From the NCBI GenBank assembly GCA_977020255.1, contig CDROCS010000023.1, positions 124,001-188,000 on the forward strand: DNA of 64,000 bases. The letters are read 5' to 3'. The DNA is from Obrimoposthia wandeli (Eukaryota). Position 1 is the first letter of the stretch; each line of letters starts with the position of its first letter. Below are positions 13,181 through 26,975 of this stretch, one piece after another. Below the pieces are notes generated by a model. That model was not told the origin of the DNA, ran no database searches, and saw only the letters and a program-made list of their open reading frames with translations. The position numbers were made by a program, and so were the translations under genes.

Positions 13181-15501
13181 ATGATAACATCCTTCAGTGC
13201 ATGCTCAGTAGCCCTTGTTTTTCTATCCTTTTTGCTTTGTGGCGGTGATGGTTTTTTTATTTAATACACACCTTTTAACCATTTCACTTTCCCCAGTATA
13301 ATTTGGAAATACAAGCCAACTTTCTTATATCCTACTCTAAAATATTTTAAATAAACATCAAAAAAAGAACTATTTGAAAGCATTTACTCTTTGCTTAATA
13401 AATCAAAAACTGAAAGATCTGACCATATGTTTAATGATTTATCGTCACAAAGTGAAGCTTCTCGTCTTTGCAGATATAATTAAACAAGAAAAATATGAAG
13501 GGAAATCTTAATTTTCAAGTATTCTTGTATTTATCCGTTGATCGAAGACGATTATCAGAATACAATTGAATTGTATTACTTGTTTAAAACGGAGTTGTTT
13601 GAGAAGCTGTATACAAATTTATGGTATGATAAATATAATTTCCGATTGAAAAAATGAATTCTCTTCAATGAACGTTTACATTCAAACAATCGCATTAATC
13701 TTACTAAACCTCTATTCTCAAACACTCACCGTTTTTATAGCTTTTACGTCAAAACTTATTGTCCCACTTACTTTTTCCTAATGGAGTTGTTATGGTTCAG
13801 AAATAAACGAATTTATTAAACATTATTAAAAATAATTGACTATATTTATAGTCATGGCCAAGGACATTTTAGGGATTTCAAATGAAATAAAACTATAAAC
13901 TCATATTTTAATTAACACCCTAATTAATCTTGTGAAGTCATATCCATCAGGTGACAAGAGACAGAAACGGGACAACACAACATAATTAAGAGGACTAATC
14001 GTTGAGAAGAAATAACACAGAATTGTAGACAGGAAAAGAGAAAACAAAAGAATCCGCAAGCAAATAGCTTCGCATTTGTAATATACATGCATTTAATTGG
14101 CAGAATCAACAGCTTAAAAAGAGAATACTTACCGTAGAAACTAAAAATATCAACAAAGAAAGAAGCTTTGATCTGTATAAGAAAGATGTTGGAAATCAAT
14201 ACGGGAAGAGAAATTATCGGGAAACCGCGAAGGGACACGAGAAATCAGCAGTTAGAGTAAAATTAATTCTGTTAAAATCAAATTATTTTAAAAATTTTTA
14301 CTGATCTGTATCGGTTTCTTTTTAGGGATAAACAAAGAAAATCAAAGTGATCTGTAACAGTCCAAGCCTTTTTTAATAAAAGTAAGCCCACAGTAGGTAT
14401 AGGATTTGACCCCACGACTTCATTTTTATAGTTTGAATTTGAATATTTCTGAATTGATCGTTGTAACAAATGGTTTGTGTATTTTCAATAACTGATTTAT
14501 ATATATTTGTAACAAATTATTTTTTGTATTTTGGAATTGTGTTATCTGAATAACAAAGTTTTGATATATTAAAAGAAGACAAATCATCGTTAATTTTCAA
14601 GAACACATTTTATAAACATAATATTGAGGCGCCTACAGATAGCTTATCACAACAATAAGATAAAACATATAACCTTCAGATATTTATAGACGCATCAGGA
14701 TAGGCCTTCCACACAAGTCCTATACCTCCTAAGAACTCACGTACCGAAGGCTTCCCTAAGAAGTTATATAACTCTAGTCCCAACAGAGACCATTAATTCG
14801 AAAAGCTAATTATCGATGATTGAATTTATTTTTATACATTGGAGACAACAGAAGAAAAGATCCAGAATAATATTTGTGCAGGATGGGGCTCATACATCTA
14901 TATATACCAGAATATCTTTAAATATCAGATTTGCGCCCCAGACCTACTTTCGATTTTTGGTTTTGTTGTGATCTAAATAGAAAATTCTATTAATATCCGG
15001 GAAATGATTTACAAGATCAAATAAGGATTGAAAGGAAAATAACAGTAGAAATATATCTCGTATTCAATGAGGTCATTAAATAGAGAATATAAATAAGTAT
15101 TTTTTGTTTTAAAGTAATACTAATTTATAAAGTTTCCAGTTAAACATTACTCTGTACATTCGCCCGTTCTTTTCTGAAAACTGTTCATCAGCTGATTGAT
15201 TAGTTCCGGGAAAATGTCAATCCTTAATGCATGTTTTTAATTTATGAATGTTTCTATTTCAATTCACAGTCATGTTATAATAAAAAGAAATAATATAGAA
15301 AGATCTAGACGGAAGGATGAAGGAGAGAGCCGAATGCATTTAATGTTATATAAAATGGAGAATTGGAAAATCCTTACTTGGAGCTAAAGTTTATTTTATT
15401 GGATAAATACAGCAAACAAATACGACAATGCATTCTCTTCTACTTGTTCATCAAATGCAGACACATCAGAAACCGGAAGAAGCCAGTGTCCTACTGCTCT
15501 T

Positions 15502-18500
15502 TTAGTTGAGCTTGCGCTCCCTGCTGCGCCAGTAGATGACACCAAGTGCAGCGATCCGGAAGAAGAGCCCCAGACCGAGCAGCATCATCAGGTCGAAGAG
15601 GACGTTGTTGGCGGAGAAGTTGGCGAAGCTGATGACGTCCTGGCCGGTTCGGAAGCAGGCGTTTCCAAACTTAGCAGCATTGCAGTCGATGTGGTGGACA
15701 TTCTGCCATTGGTTGACAAGAAGCAGCTCATAAGCGTACCGATGCCAGCTGAGATACTTGAGCCAGACCAGGTAGACTGGGATCGAGGCGTCGTTCAGAA
15801 GGAAGCCGCCCATATACATCATGACGATGCGCACCAGCGGCGCGATGTTGAGCACAACGTCGGTACGGTTGAACACGGACCCGATGAAGAGCACGTTGAG
15901 ACTGAATGAGTACTGATAGACGAGCACGACCACCAGGTAGAACATGAAGAACTGGGCGGCGGCGGGGTACATGCCTACGCTCCAATACATGACGAAGACG
16001 ACAAGGCCGGTGGTGAGCAGGAAGATCGGCAGCTCACTGATATTCTTGGCTAAGTAGTATGAGATGGGCCGTGCCATACCAGCCTGATTTTCCCGGTAGA
16101 AGTAGTTGGTCTCCGTGACGAAAGAGTTGAGCTGCACCACCGCCAGGAAGGTGACGTTCGTGATGACATTGAAGAGGATCCCGCTGAAGTTGCTAACGCC
16201 CAGCTGGTCGTAGTTCTGCTGGAAATAGAATATGGCCAATATGAGGACGACTGCCACGTTCTGGAGCAGACGCGCCGCAAACAGCTTAGGGTCTCGAACT
16301 TGGTCTAGACACTGCTTCCAGGTCAGGATTCCGATCTCCTGGCCGTATGTGGCCTTGAACGTTACCATGCTCTTGGACCTGCATTGGTATTGACCAGTCT
16401 CAAACTCAGCATCGCACGGAAACGGTACGACCTGTTACGAAAATAAGAAATATGTGTATTGATTTCTGATAGATTCCATTGTTACAAACGTGAGCCAAAT
16501 ATTTCAGCTTGTCCTTTAGAAAGGTTAAAATATCTTAGTAAATCAATTAACTAAACCCTGGCTTAATACTTGAGGGACTATAGACATCAGCATTTAATAA
16601 TCTGTATCCGTAATATATTTTTCCATGATAATGTCTTGAGTCTTGATGTCTTAATCGACATCCAAATAACAATTTCAGAAATTAAAAGTATAAAATTATT
16701 ATAAATCCCTTTTCAAAAAAATGAAATCATAATTTAACTTCTTTTGAACTTGTCTTCAATAAGGGAAAGATGTTTCATGTTTCGTTGTGTAATTAGAAAA
16801 AAATGTAAACTTTGAGCAATGGCAATCAAAAAGTAAAAGTAAAAACCCCATCAAGGTTTACCATGAGTACACGAGAAACCGATTTTCCCAGGCGTCATCA
16901 AGAAACTCCTCAATTGGCACCATTTGATACGTCAATATTATCGGGTTCGCCAAAGGACCTTGACACTATATAAGGTTCAGATTTTGAGACATAAACAAAC
17001 TAATATTTTACTTCTTTGATTGCTGGTGGACCTGAAAGGTAGGGGTATAGGGAGAGCCTTTTATATGAGTTACCACCATATTCGGCTTTGTTGAGCTCTC
17101 CAAATTGTTGATCACCCTCTTTTTTTTCGGAATACCAATTCAGTAAGAGTTTTTGATTAAACAGTGCATCATAATTCAGTTTTCATTCAAAGAAAATAAG
17201 TTTTTAGAGATAGTTTTGAGGTAAAAAATAATTGCGTTTATGTTTTATGTCTTAGAAAGATATTTTTATTATATTTTAATCCAAATTCATGGAGACTACA
17301 TATTGATATATCAAGACCAAGTTGGCCAGTTGCTCTATTTCATAATGATTTCAAAAATTGTTTACTAATTTGCAAACAATAATAAAGATCATAGGTTATC
17401 ATAAATATAGTTGAAGAGTAAGTGCTGATTTCAAAGTTATGGGCTTCTTTTAGGAATACAGCAGAGACACTTCAAATACTGTAGTTCTCCGTGGAAATAG
17501 AACAGCTGAGGCTAAAAGAAAATCATTATTTCGTGCATAAAAAGGAGTTTTCTGACTATATCGATATATCAAAACCATTATGAGATGGAACTTAAAAGTC
17601 ACAATAAGCTAACACATTCGGAATAGAAAAGGCTATTTCGTTCCATAGTGTTGTTAATCCCAACATGTGTATGGTTTCTACAAATGTCCAGTTCTTGCCT
17701 GAAGATACTGTTTGTTGTTTCTGATGAGCTAGGGCTTGTCTCAGTGGATGCGGCTTTGATGCTTGCCAGCTGCTTGCGCAGGAATCCGTACTCAGAGGTG
17801 TCGCGGAACTTACGAGCCATGTAAATGACCTTGGCTCTACAGTCGGCCTCTTTGCCGGGTCTGATGGCCATAGTGTGGATGAAATGGTCGGCCGGATTGA
17901 AGTTCTCCGAGCAAGGAAACCCCACGTCACAGAAGAAGTCCAGTGCATGCTCCCGGCTGCCCTGCGAGAAGAGAATTGCATTAGCAACTCACTCGTTGAC
18001 CTTGACATGAAAGGCAAACTATCCTAAATTCACAATTTCGAAAAAAAAAAGTTTATGATATAATCTTATGTCGATTACGCTCGAAATTCAACAAAGCAAA
18101 TCCTAAAAATCTTCCAACAATATTAACGATTAAATAGCAGAATAAGTATCAAGAATTTCATTAAAAGGGTTTATTGTTTATTCAATTACTCAGTCGGTGA
18201 AGAATATGATGAAGATTAGTTATTATTATATGGTTACAAATTCAGTATGTGCAGAGTGTACTGATTTGAGCAGTGTAGAAATATAAATTATTGTAGTGTT
18301 GTTTTCTGACATGCTACTGGGTTTTTATAAAAATAATGATGAAGATTAGTTATTATTATATGGTTACAAATTCAGTATGTGCAGAGTGTACTGATTTGAG
18401 CAGTGTAGAAATATAAATTATTGTAGTGTTGTTTTCTGACTGACATACACTATTTAAATACCGAGACACATTTTATTTTTGTTAGATTGAGAAAATGAAT

Positions 18501-21500
18501 TTAAAATAAATGACCTTCTAAACATATCAAATTAGATGAACATATCGTTAATTTCACCCTTAGATCCTCCTAAATATCATTGATTCCCCCAAATATTGAT
18601 ATAATCCTATCAATAAACCATTCGGGGCGGATTGAATAATATAGATTTATCGAAGCTATCAAACATTTCCTAATATATTATGAATTTCCTCTTTAGAATC
18701 ATCTAAATATTATTAATTTCCTAAATGTATTGATATAAACCTATCAATAAACTATTTGAGAGCCATTAGATATCATAAATGTCCTGAACATATCATTAAT
18801 GTCTCCTCTGGAACTAGCTAAATGTTATTAATTTCCTGAATATATCATTAATTTATCCTCTAGAAGCATCCAAATATTACAACTTTCCATTAAATATCGA
18901 TATAAACCTATCAATATAAGCCTATCAATAAATCACTTTAACACCGGTTTAGCCATTTTCCTATAATTTCCTAAATTTCAGAGACTCGTTATTTAGCAGA
19001 CATTAGATATAACTTATTGGCTTCAGCGGGAATGCATTTATATATCCAATAAATACAGAACATTTAGATATAACTAATACTTCAACGGTCTTGGATCAAT
19101 TTCAGAGTTATACTATAAATCAATTATCAAGTATGTGGAAATTATATTTCAAATTACCCTAACAGGTAGACTGCTAATACTCTAACCGAAACATACTCTG
19201 ATTATCTTTACCTAAATTACAGCGACTTAATAGTGTAATTATGACAGAGGGTGTTACAGCTAAATTATTGATTCGAATTATCCCATCTTATAATATAAAT
19301 ACCGATAAAGATATGTATTTGGGTTATGTTGTCTTAGAATAACAGAAATCACATAATATCTCCTCTAAGAAGAGAATAATAGTATGGAGGTTAAGTAGAT
19401 AATTTCATGGATGTTGAGGGATTAAGTAGAAGAAAATTAGCTAATCATCTATGCTTAAACCTGAATATTATACATTTCCTGAATTCACTTCTTAACCATA
19501 TACGTATCATCAATTTCTCTTCTAGAAGCAACTAGGTAATATCTCCTCCGAACCGTTAATTTGTCTTCTATATCATTTCCTCTTCTGAAACATCTTAAAT
19601 CACTCTCTGAACCCATTTACAGGTTATATTTTATATTTTGAAACCAACAACTTTGATAAATCCATATTTTTCTCTTCTGAAAGCAATACTCTCGTTAAAT
19701 CTTCTGAATATCACAAATTTCCGTTTCCCATATCCTCTAAACATTACACATTTCCTGAAATTACTTCGTAACCAACAATATATCTTAAATTTATCTTCCA
19801 GAACCATCTAGCTAAAATCACCTCTGAACCAACACTTTGTCTTCTATAATATTTTCCATTCTAAAGTCCTTCTAAAGTCCTTCTAAGTTATTAATATTTA
19901 TGCTTGAATTTGCTTCTAAAACCCTCTAATTTCTCTTCTGAAACAACCACCCTGTTAAATATTTGAAATATCATAAATTTCCTGAACACCTCGTAAAATA
20001 GCACAAATTTTCTGAACATTTAGTAAATTTTTTCTAAGATGGTCTTATGCTTATTGGTTCTGGTAGTAATTTATATGCTAATATGGATTATAATAGAAAT
20101 AATCATAGAGAAAATATTAATCCAGTAACTGAAACAATAACAAGGCCTACGGGTGTAAGCGAATAATGTTAGCCCTTCAAGGATATGACTAATACGAAGC
20201 GATTTACATAAACAACATTATCAGCCAATTAGAATCGAGCTTCAAAGAATAAACAATTGAATAATATCACTAAATGACTCTTCTCGAAGAATTCTCCTCT
20301 GTAAACACCTTGTTAATTTCCCCTCTCTGAAGATGTATGAATCAATACATAATATATATATATTTCTCTGCATATTTTAAAATGTATTGATTATTATAAT
20401 TAATAATTATTTAAAATTATATTATTAAGAATTTATGTAACTAATAAAATATATTAACTATTTCAACTTAATAAATATTTCCAATTAATTATATTAGTAA
20501 TTTAAAACATAATTGATTTTGTTTTAAATAATTAATTTTGAAAATAATCAACAAAAAAATTTGAAAATTCAATATGGCGATTAATAATGAATTGATTTCC
20601 GATTGTAGGTAAGTTTTTATTAATTATCTTGTAAATAATTATTTTTTAGATGAAGAAGATGAAGAAGATGAAGAAGATGAAGATTACATGCAGGATTGTG
20701 ATGAAGACAAGATGAAGACAATAAATGATTGCAATGATGAGATGAAGATTATGATGAAGACAAGATGAATGATTGCGATGAAAGATGACAGATTGGGATA
20801 ATGAAGATGATGAGATGAATGAAGAGAGATCGTGATAATGAAGGATGAAGATAAGATGAGTGATTGCGATGATGGATTATATTGATGAGATGAAAATAGT
20901 AAGATGTAATATTGAATTGATTTCAGTTTTCCAGGTAAGTTTGTGATAATTATGTTGTAAATAAATATTTTTAGATGAGGATGTTGAAGAAGATGGAAGA
21001 TTAGATACCGGATTAAGATTAAGATAAGATGGGTGATTGCGATGAAGGATTGATGAAATGAAGATAAGATGCTGGATTATGATGAAGACAATGTGGAGCT
21101 GAAGGATTGCATTGATGAGAAGAAGGATTGTGATAATGATGATGGATCGGACTAATGAAGATTATGATATTGTGAAGAGATGATGGTGTATGATAACAAT
21201 GTATGTATCTTTAATAAAAATTATTCTTTACTATCTCTTTTTATCTTTATTTACTTGTTTAACTCATAGGTTTAAAAATGTGTAATAAATACCTTAAGAT
21301 TACAAAAACCTTTTCTACTCACAAATAAAGTAGATTCAATTATACAAAATAAGTTTTAAAAATAAAAAATTCAGTTTAACAATTTATAAAACTTTTTCTA
21401 CTCTCAAATTAAAGTAGTTGAAATTTCTTTAAATAAGTTTTTTACAAATATTTCTTAAAATTTATGTTTTCGCGTGCAAAAGTTATGATGTGTTATTGAT

Positions 21501-23765
21501 GTGTTAAAACAAAAGAACTTTTTAAATACTATGTCATAACGTTAACTTTAAAATCATGTCAATTAAAAAATTAATTGAGATTGACCTTCAGAAATCGAAT
21601 GAAAACACCCTTAATAATCCTAAATTTAAATACGCGCCAATCAAAATTGATGCATTTAAACAAAAAATAGCTTAAAATAGATGTACTATAGTACATAATG
21701 ACCTTCAAATGACCTTGACCTTAAAATATCATGTGTAGTCGGGAGAAATTTGACCTTGACCCAACATCTGACATAATTTTTTTTTAAAATTTCGTGCAAA
21801 TTTCAATATTTTTTTGAATTTTTCCTTGAGTCGAAGTCATCACTTCTCACTACTAGAGCTGAATACTGTGAAGCAAGACGAGAAATTTGCTCAGGATGCC
21901 CCTTCGCATGTTTCGAAATTGTCAAATTTGTCAATCTGGAAAACAATAATTTCAATGTCACGAAACGGCCGTCTTCCCTAGATCTGAATCCCATAAAAAT
22001 GTACAGGGATTACTCACACCACCTATTTATAAAAATGGTTCACAATATAATTCTAAGTTTGAGCCTGAAGGATATTATCAAACAGAGGGCTTCAATGAAC
22101 AGTATAATTCCATGAATTTGTAAAAAGGATATTCTACAAAAAATTAATGATGAAACAAATGTCTTAATGATGTTGTTCATTTACCTCTTTAGTATAATTC
22201 TAATGAATTTGTAAAAAGGATATTCTACTAAAAATTAATGATGAAACAAATGTCTTAATGATGTTGTTCATTTACCTCTTTAGTATTGTTCTAATTCAAT
22301 TATCATCAAAATTTATATACAAAATAAATATTAAATATCTTCAACATTCTTTTAAAAGTATTAAAATTCTTTCAATTTCTTTTACATAATTGCAAATTGT
22401 TGCATATACATTTGAACTTTAAACTTCAAATTTACCGTTTTTGTTGATTTTTGTGAAAAGTTTATGAATAAATTAAATACAATGCATTTTCAAGATAAGT
22501 TGTTATTTAGATATAATTAATTAAGAATGTAATTAATTGATTTTCTATGATTTATAATAAATTGTCCATCATTGAATTTCTATTTATATAATAGTTTGAG
22601 ATAGATAATACTTATAAATAGTTATTATCTTACGTGCTTCAAAATTTGTAGAAACGGCACTTTTCTGTCTATATATTTAAAAAGTGGCGATTTTTGTCAT
22701 TTACATTTGTCTAAAAAGGAAGATGTGGATGAAGGATTAGGTAAAACATCTAGCAAGGGTAATTAGGATGGGGAGACCACTTAAATGGAACCCAGATGAA
22801 GGACCCACCTGAAAGACGAGGCGACCCTCAGCAAGGAGGTAGGTGTCATTGAACAGCTCGAAAATATGCGAAGATGGCTGGTGGATGGTGCTGAGGATGC
22901 ACTTGCCTTTGCGCGCCAGCTTCTGTAGGATGACGATCACCTTCTCGGCCATCTTGGCGTCGAGGCCCGTGGTGGGTTCGTCGAGAAAGAGGATGGGAGG
23001 GTCCACGAGCAGCTCGCACGAGATCGAGAGTAGCTTCTTCTCGCTGCCAGCCAGGCCCTGCACCTTGGCAGACGTGTTGACGAAGTCATTGGCCACTTGC
23101 CCAAGACCCATCTCCGTGATCAACTGTTCCACCCGAGCCAACTTCTGCTGGCGACTGTACTGTTGACCCATGCGCAGAACCGCGTTGTAGATGAGATGCT
23201 CACGCACCTTCAAGCGGCCCCAGAACACGTCCATCTGTTGTACATACGCCGAGACTCCTTTGATGCTGCTGTGCATGACCTGCCCATTTACGCGCACATC
23301 GCCGTCCACACGTAGGCTGCCCAGATTCCGACACGTAATGATGTTCAACAGCGTCGACTTGCCCGCGCCACTAGCGCCCATAATTGCCGTCAGCTTCCCG
23401 CTCTGAACCACCCCACTCACGTCGAACAGCAGCTGTTTGAAGAGGCCCGTCTCCTTCACTCTTCCGAAGGCTCCCTTACCAAGTTCTGGCGCGAAACAGT
23501 TGATGTCGCTCCAGCTCACCGTCACTTTCTTCATGTCCGGAAACTCACCTTTCTTGCCGTCGAGAAGCTCGCTGAATGATAGATAACGGTCGGAGACACT
23601 CTCGATGAAGTTTCGGCTGTCCTTGGTCCTACTCTTTTTATTGCGATATGTTCCATAGTCCGTGCTATAGTGGATCGAGGAGGAGGAATAGTCACTGACT
23701 TCATTGAGATCAAATCGATCACTGTCCAACAGTGGAACTGACTCAATTTTCAAATTTCCACTCAT
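15502..23765 (-). CDS. ABCG-family (white/scarlet-like) half transporter
   Basis: Exon 1 is 23765-22809 (Walker A GASGAGKST, signature-like LAGSEKK, Walker B LFLDEPTTGLD, STIHQPS). Exon 2 starts at 17961 (GSREHALDFF..GFPCSENFNPADHF); its 3' end is uncertain, about 17614-17700. Exon 3 is 16431-15502 (ABC2 membrane domain, YLSWHRYAYE, stop). Confidence 0.93.
18206..18440 (+). repeat. Direct duplication of about 105 bp (period 130 bp)
   Basis: atgatgaagattagttattatt...gttttctgac at 18206-18310 and 18336-18440. Confidence 0.9.
20570..21220 (+). pseudogene. Decayed D/E-rich low-complexity gene relic with two 40-41-nt GT-AG mini-introns
   Basis: GTAAGT...TTTTAG segments at 20609-20649 and 20935-20974, each followed by GATGAAGAA-type repeats (DEEDEEDEED). 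AATAAA at 21213. Frames are broken. Confidence 0.4.
21830..22030 (+). mobile_element. Tc1-like transposase remnant
   Basis: RPSSLDLNPIK resembles the WPxxSPDLNPIE motif. Confidence 0.4.
22101..22286 (+). repeat. Tandem duplication, unit about 90 bp x2
   Basis: agtataattc...tttacctcttt repeated at 22101 and 22191. Confidence 0.9.
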
Positions 23766-26149
23766 TCACCAAAATACGTTTTTGTGAGATAACACTGTGG
23801 ATTCAATGAAATTCTATCGCCAAAGTTCAACAAGAGTAAGTGATATCTCTTTATTAGTTCACTCCAATTAGCATGCATGGTGCTCGAATTTAGAGATCCT
23901 GCACTCTGCAATGCACAGACAGGTAGATAATTCACTGATTGTAACTATCGTAAATCATGGTTGATAAAACATCATAAATCCTTTTTTGAAAATTGATTTG
24001 AAAAAATCTCACGGAAGAATTTATAAAAAGAAGTGATTGAAAAATTTGGTTCATAGCCATCAAATCAATTTAAATATTCATTAATAATTAATCTGCATTG
24101 ATAATCAAATTATTACAATTGATTTCAAACAATAAGTACCAATTTGAAATGCTACTTAAAATGACATTGATAATTAGAAATAAATTACTTCTGTATTAAA
24201 ATGATTATTTACATCATTGTAAAATGATAATAATAAAAAAACTATTTCGTTATACAAGGCAAGGGTTAATTTTAATTATATGCACTTTCACTTTTAGGTC
24301 TTTAAATGCTCTTTTTAAATGATTAATTGATCATTTTAGTTAACATTTTGCAATTTAAAATATTCCAATTTATTGTATCTCAAAATGTAATATAAATATT
24401 AATTTTAATTCAAAAAGAATCAGAGTTTGTAGTCAGTTTAATAAGTTAGTTTACTGTATTTGTTTAACATCAATGATTTAATGTGTACTAGCGGAAATGT
24501 ATCATTATATCGTTCATTAATTAAATTAACAGGTAATCTCATTAAATTGAATATTTATGGGTTAATGTTACAAAAAATGTGAAGGGAAGAAAAAGGTGTG
24601 AAAGCTCAGTTCTGAGTTGGGAATTCTGCGAATAGTTGCCGAACAGTTTCAAAACGAACAACACCTTAATACTAAAGCTGCAATATTTAAAAAGTAATTT
24701 TACCGATTTTTTAATTTTATAATGTAACTTATCCCTGAATTTTGTGTTTTAAATTTATCACTGCTCAGTATGCTAAATGCAAAATAAATTATTTGAATAT
24801 ATCGGATATCGAATAGTTTTCATATTGTTAAAATTGATGTAAATTAAATCAAAAGTTTTAAAATTGTTCATAACTTATGGTAAAAAGTGCTCTAAAACAA
24901 TCTAAACAATAAATTTATGTCCTGAAATCATCCATTAATTGAAACCCGGCTTGTAATACACTTGAGTAAAACTCTCATTTATATTGGGAAAGATAATGAG
25001 GAGATTTATTGGTGATGAGTGTAAAGAAGAGTCATAAGGTAAGATTAACCACCAAAAGTTTGACAGTCAATGCATGGGTCGTATTTTATTTTAAATCATT
25101 TGAAATAAAGTACACTGCCAAACAAAATGCCCGTTCCTTAAATTTGTTGACCTCTAAAATTTTGCCTAAGGATTTGTGAGAATGGTTCTCTTGGTCTTGC
25201 AATGATAATTGTGTTGACAGCTCTTCGAAGATGACTTACCTTTCTATGAAAAACTCGATCATACATAAGCAGTCTATTTTTCACTCTTTTTTTTAAATAA
25301 ACTAAAAATGATGCAATTCATATTTATTAATTTAAATATTATCAATTATTATAATTATTAATGTATTTTAATTTTCATAATTGTTAGGTGCCCTATTAGT
25401 TGAATTGTAGACTTAGTTGGATTCAATCTTTCTCGTTTCTTATTTGAGTGCATATTTTTAACATTATAGTGCCCTAGCTTTGATCTAAAATTAGCAACTA
25501 ATTTTGATAAAACCAAAAATACAATAATGTAAATTATAAAGAAAATATCTTCTCATCAATATTAAATTGTAGCACAGATAAAAATAAAATATATTAAAGC
25601 ATGAATAAAAGTGGGTATAAACATTTTTTTACAAAGTTGGGTACTTATTCAAAATTACATCCACTTTAATTAAAATGATTTAAATATCACTTCAATCTTA
25701 TGAAATAGTTTTAGATTATTTAATTTTAAACTTTTGTTAAAATTTTTACAAAGAATGAAAATGTTTTTTTCTTGATGTAAGCGCAATTAATAGCTACATG
25801 ATATTTTTAAAAATTTTGGTTTGCTGTATTTATATATTAAGATATTTTATCAAATATTTGACAATTTATGACATTTTTGTGCTACTTTAAATTTTGACTG
25901 ACCAACATCTAGCCACTGGTTTCTTTATCTGAGTTACGAAAATAAACCCATTTTCATCACTAGTAATAATTCGTTAAAAAATCTATCCTATGGATATTTC
26001 AGGAACTTTTCACAAATTTATACTCTTTTAATTTTTTGACATTTGGTACTTAACACCTTCGATTAACTTTTCCAAATTGCCTCAAATTCCAAGTCATCAG
26101 TAGAAATCCTAAATCCGCATTTAAATATCTTGTATATATTCTTGGGTTA

Positions 26150-26340
26150 ACCTCAACACATTTTAGATTCGTACGACTAAGGCTTAAATCTCTTGTACCG
26201 ATTTTGAGCTGAACTAGCGAAAGTACATTTTCTCTCTTGTGTTTGCATATAAATCTTGTAGCTTCAGAAGCGTACACGCCTTGTTGGAGACAATGTCTTA
26301 AAACTGACAAAATTTCAATGTTTCTGTCCCTTACTATAAT
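26150..26340 (-). mobile_element. mariner-like transposase N-terminal (HTH) relic
   Basis: LRHCLQQGVYASEATRFIC...NVLS resembles the mariner N-terminal HTH pattern (G..A.EA.+.I). Confidence 0.4.
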
Positions 26341-26975
26341 GAATATCATTTTAACAAAATCCAATTTAAATGAAAATTAAATACTTTTTTAATTAGAATT
26401 TTCAAATTTTGCGCCTTTGAATGATGTATAGTTTTAAAATATTTTAACAAACACATCTCATTATAATAGATTTAAAGAATGGTCATGAAAAACCGAAATT
26501 ACTTATGAGAAACTCTCATATCATGTTTCAAGGAATTATATACTCGATTTATAATTGTAAACGTTTGCGGATTGTTTGAAAAAATAAACATTTTAATGAT
26601 GAAATAATATATAGCCTCATTTTTGATTGTTTAAGGAAAATGGAATGTATTTTTACAGCTATGTTGCATGAGGACTCAGATGGACTTACCATCTATTATT
26701 TTGAGGCCAGTGTTCCAAACACAGTTTCTTCGAGGGAATTAAAACTAATCGAAATGAAGCCTCAAACAACCCACCCAGGCTGCTTTTGTGGCTAAAGCGA
26801 CGCAATTTGTCCTTGGAAAATGAAAGTCAGTAAAAATTAACTTGATCAAAATGAAGACAGAAACAAACTAGGTGAATCACAACATCGATGTCGGTGGAAA
26901 TTAGGAAACGAGCAAGCACGGTTAGCAATGTATAGGCCGCAGAGGATGTGGTCCTCGTGTGATGCCCAGAGCCAC

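Noticed and set aside
14375-14420. tRNA T-arm-like sequence on the minus strand (gtcgtggggtcaaatcc)
   Set aside because: No cloverleaf or A box. At best a decayed SINE fragment.
18500-20000. Strand-biased degenerate repeats as a coding region
   Set aside because: No sustained frame or recognisable motif; treated as old low-complexity repeat.
15536-23746. Many short ORFs overlapping the ABCG exons
   Set aside because: They are alternative-frame or antisense shadows caused by high GC3 codon usage.
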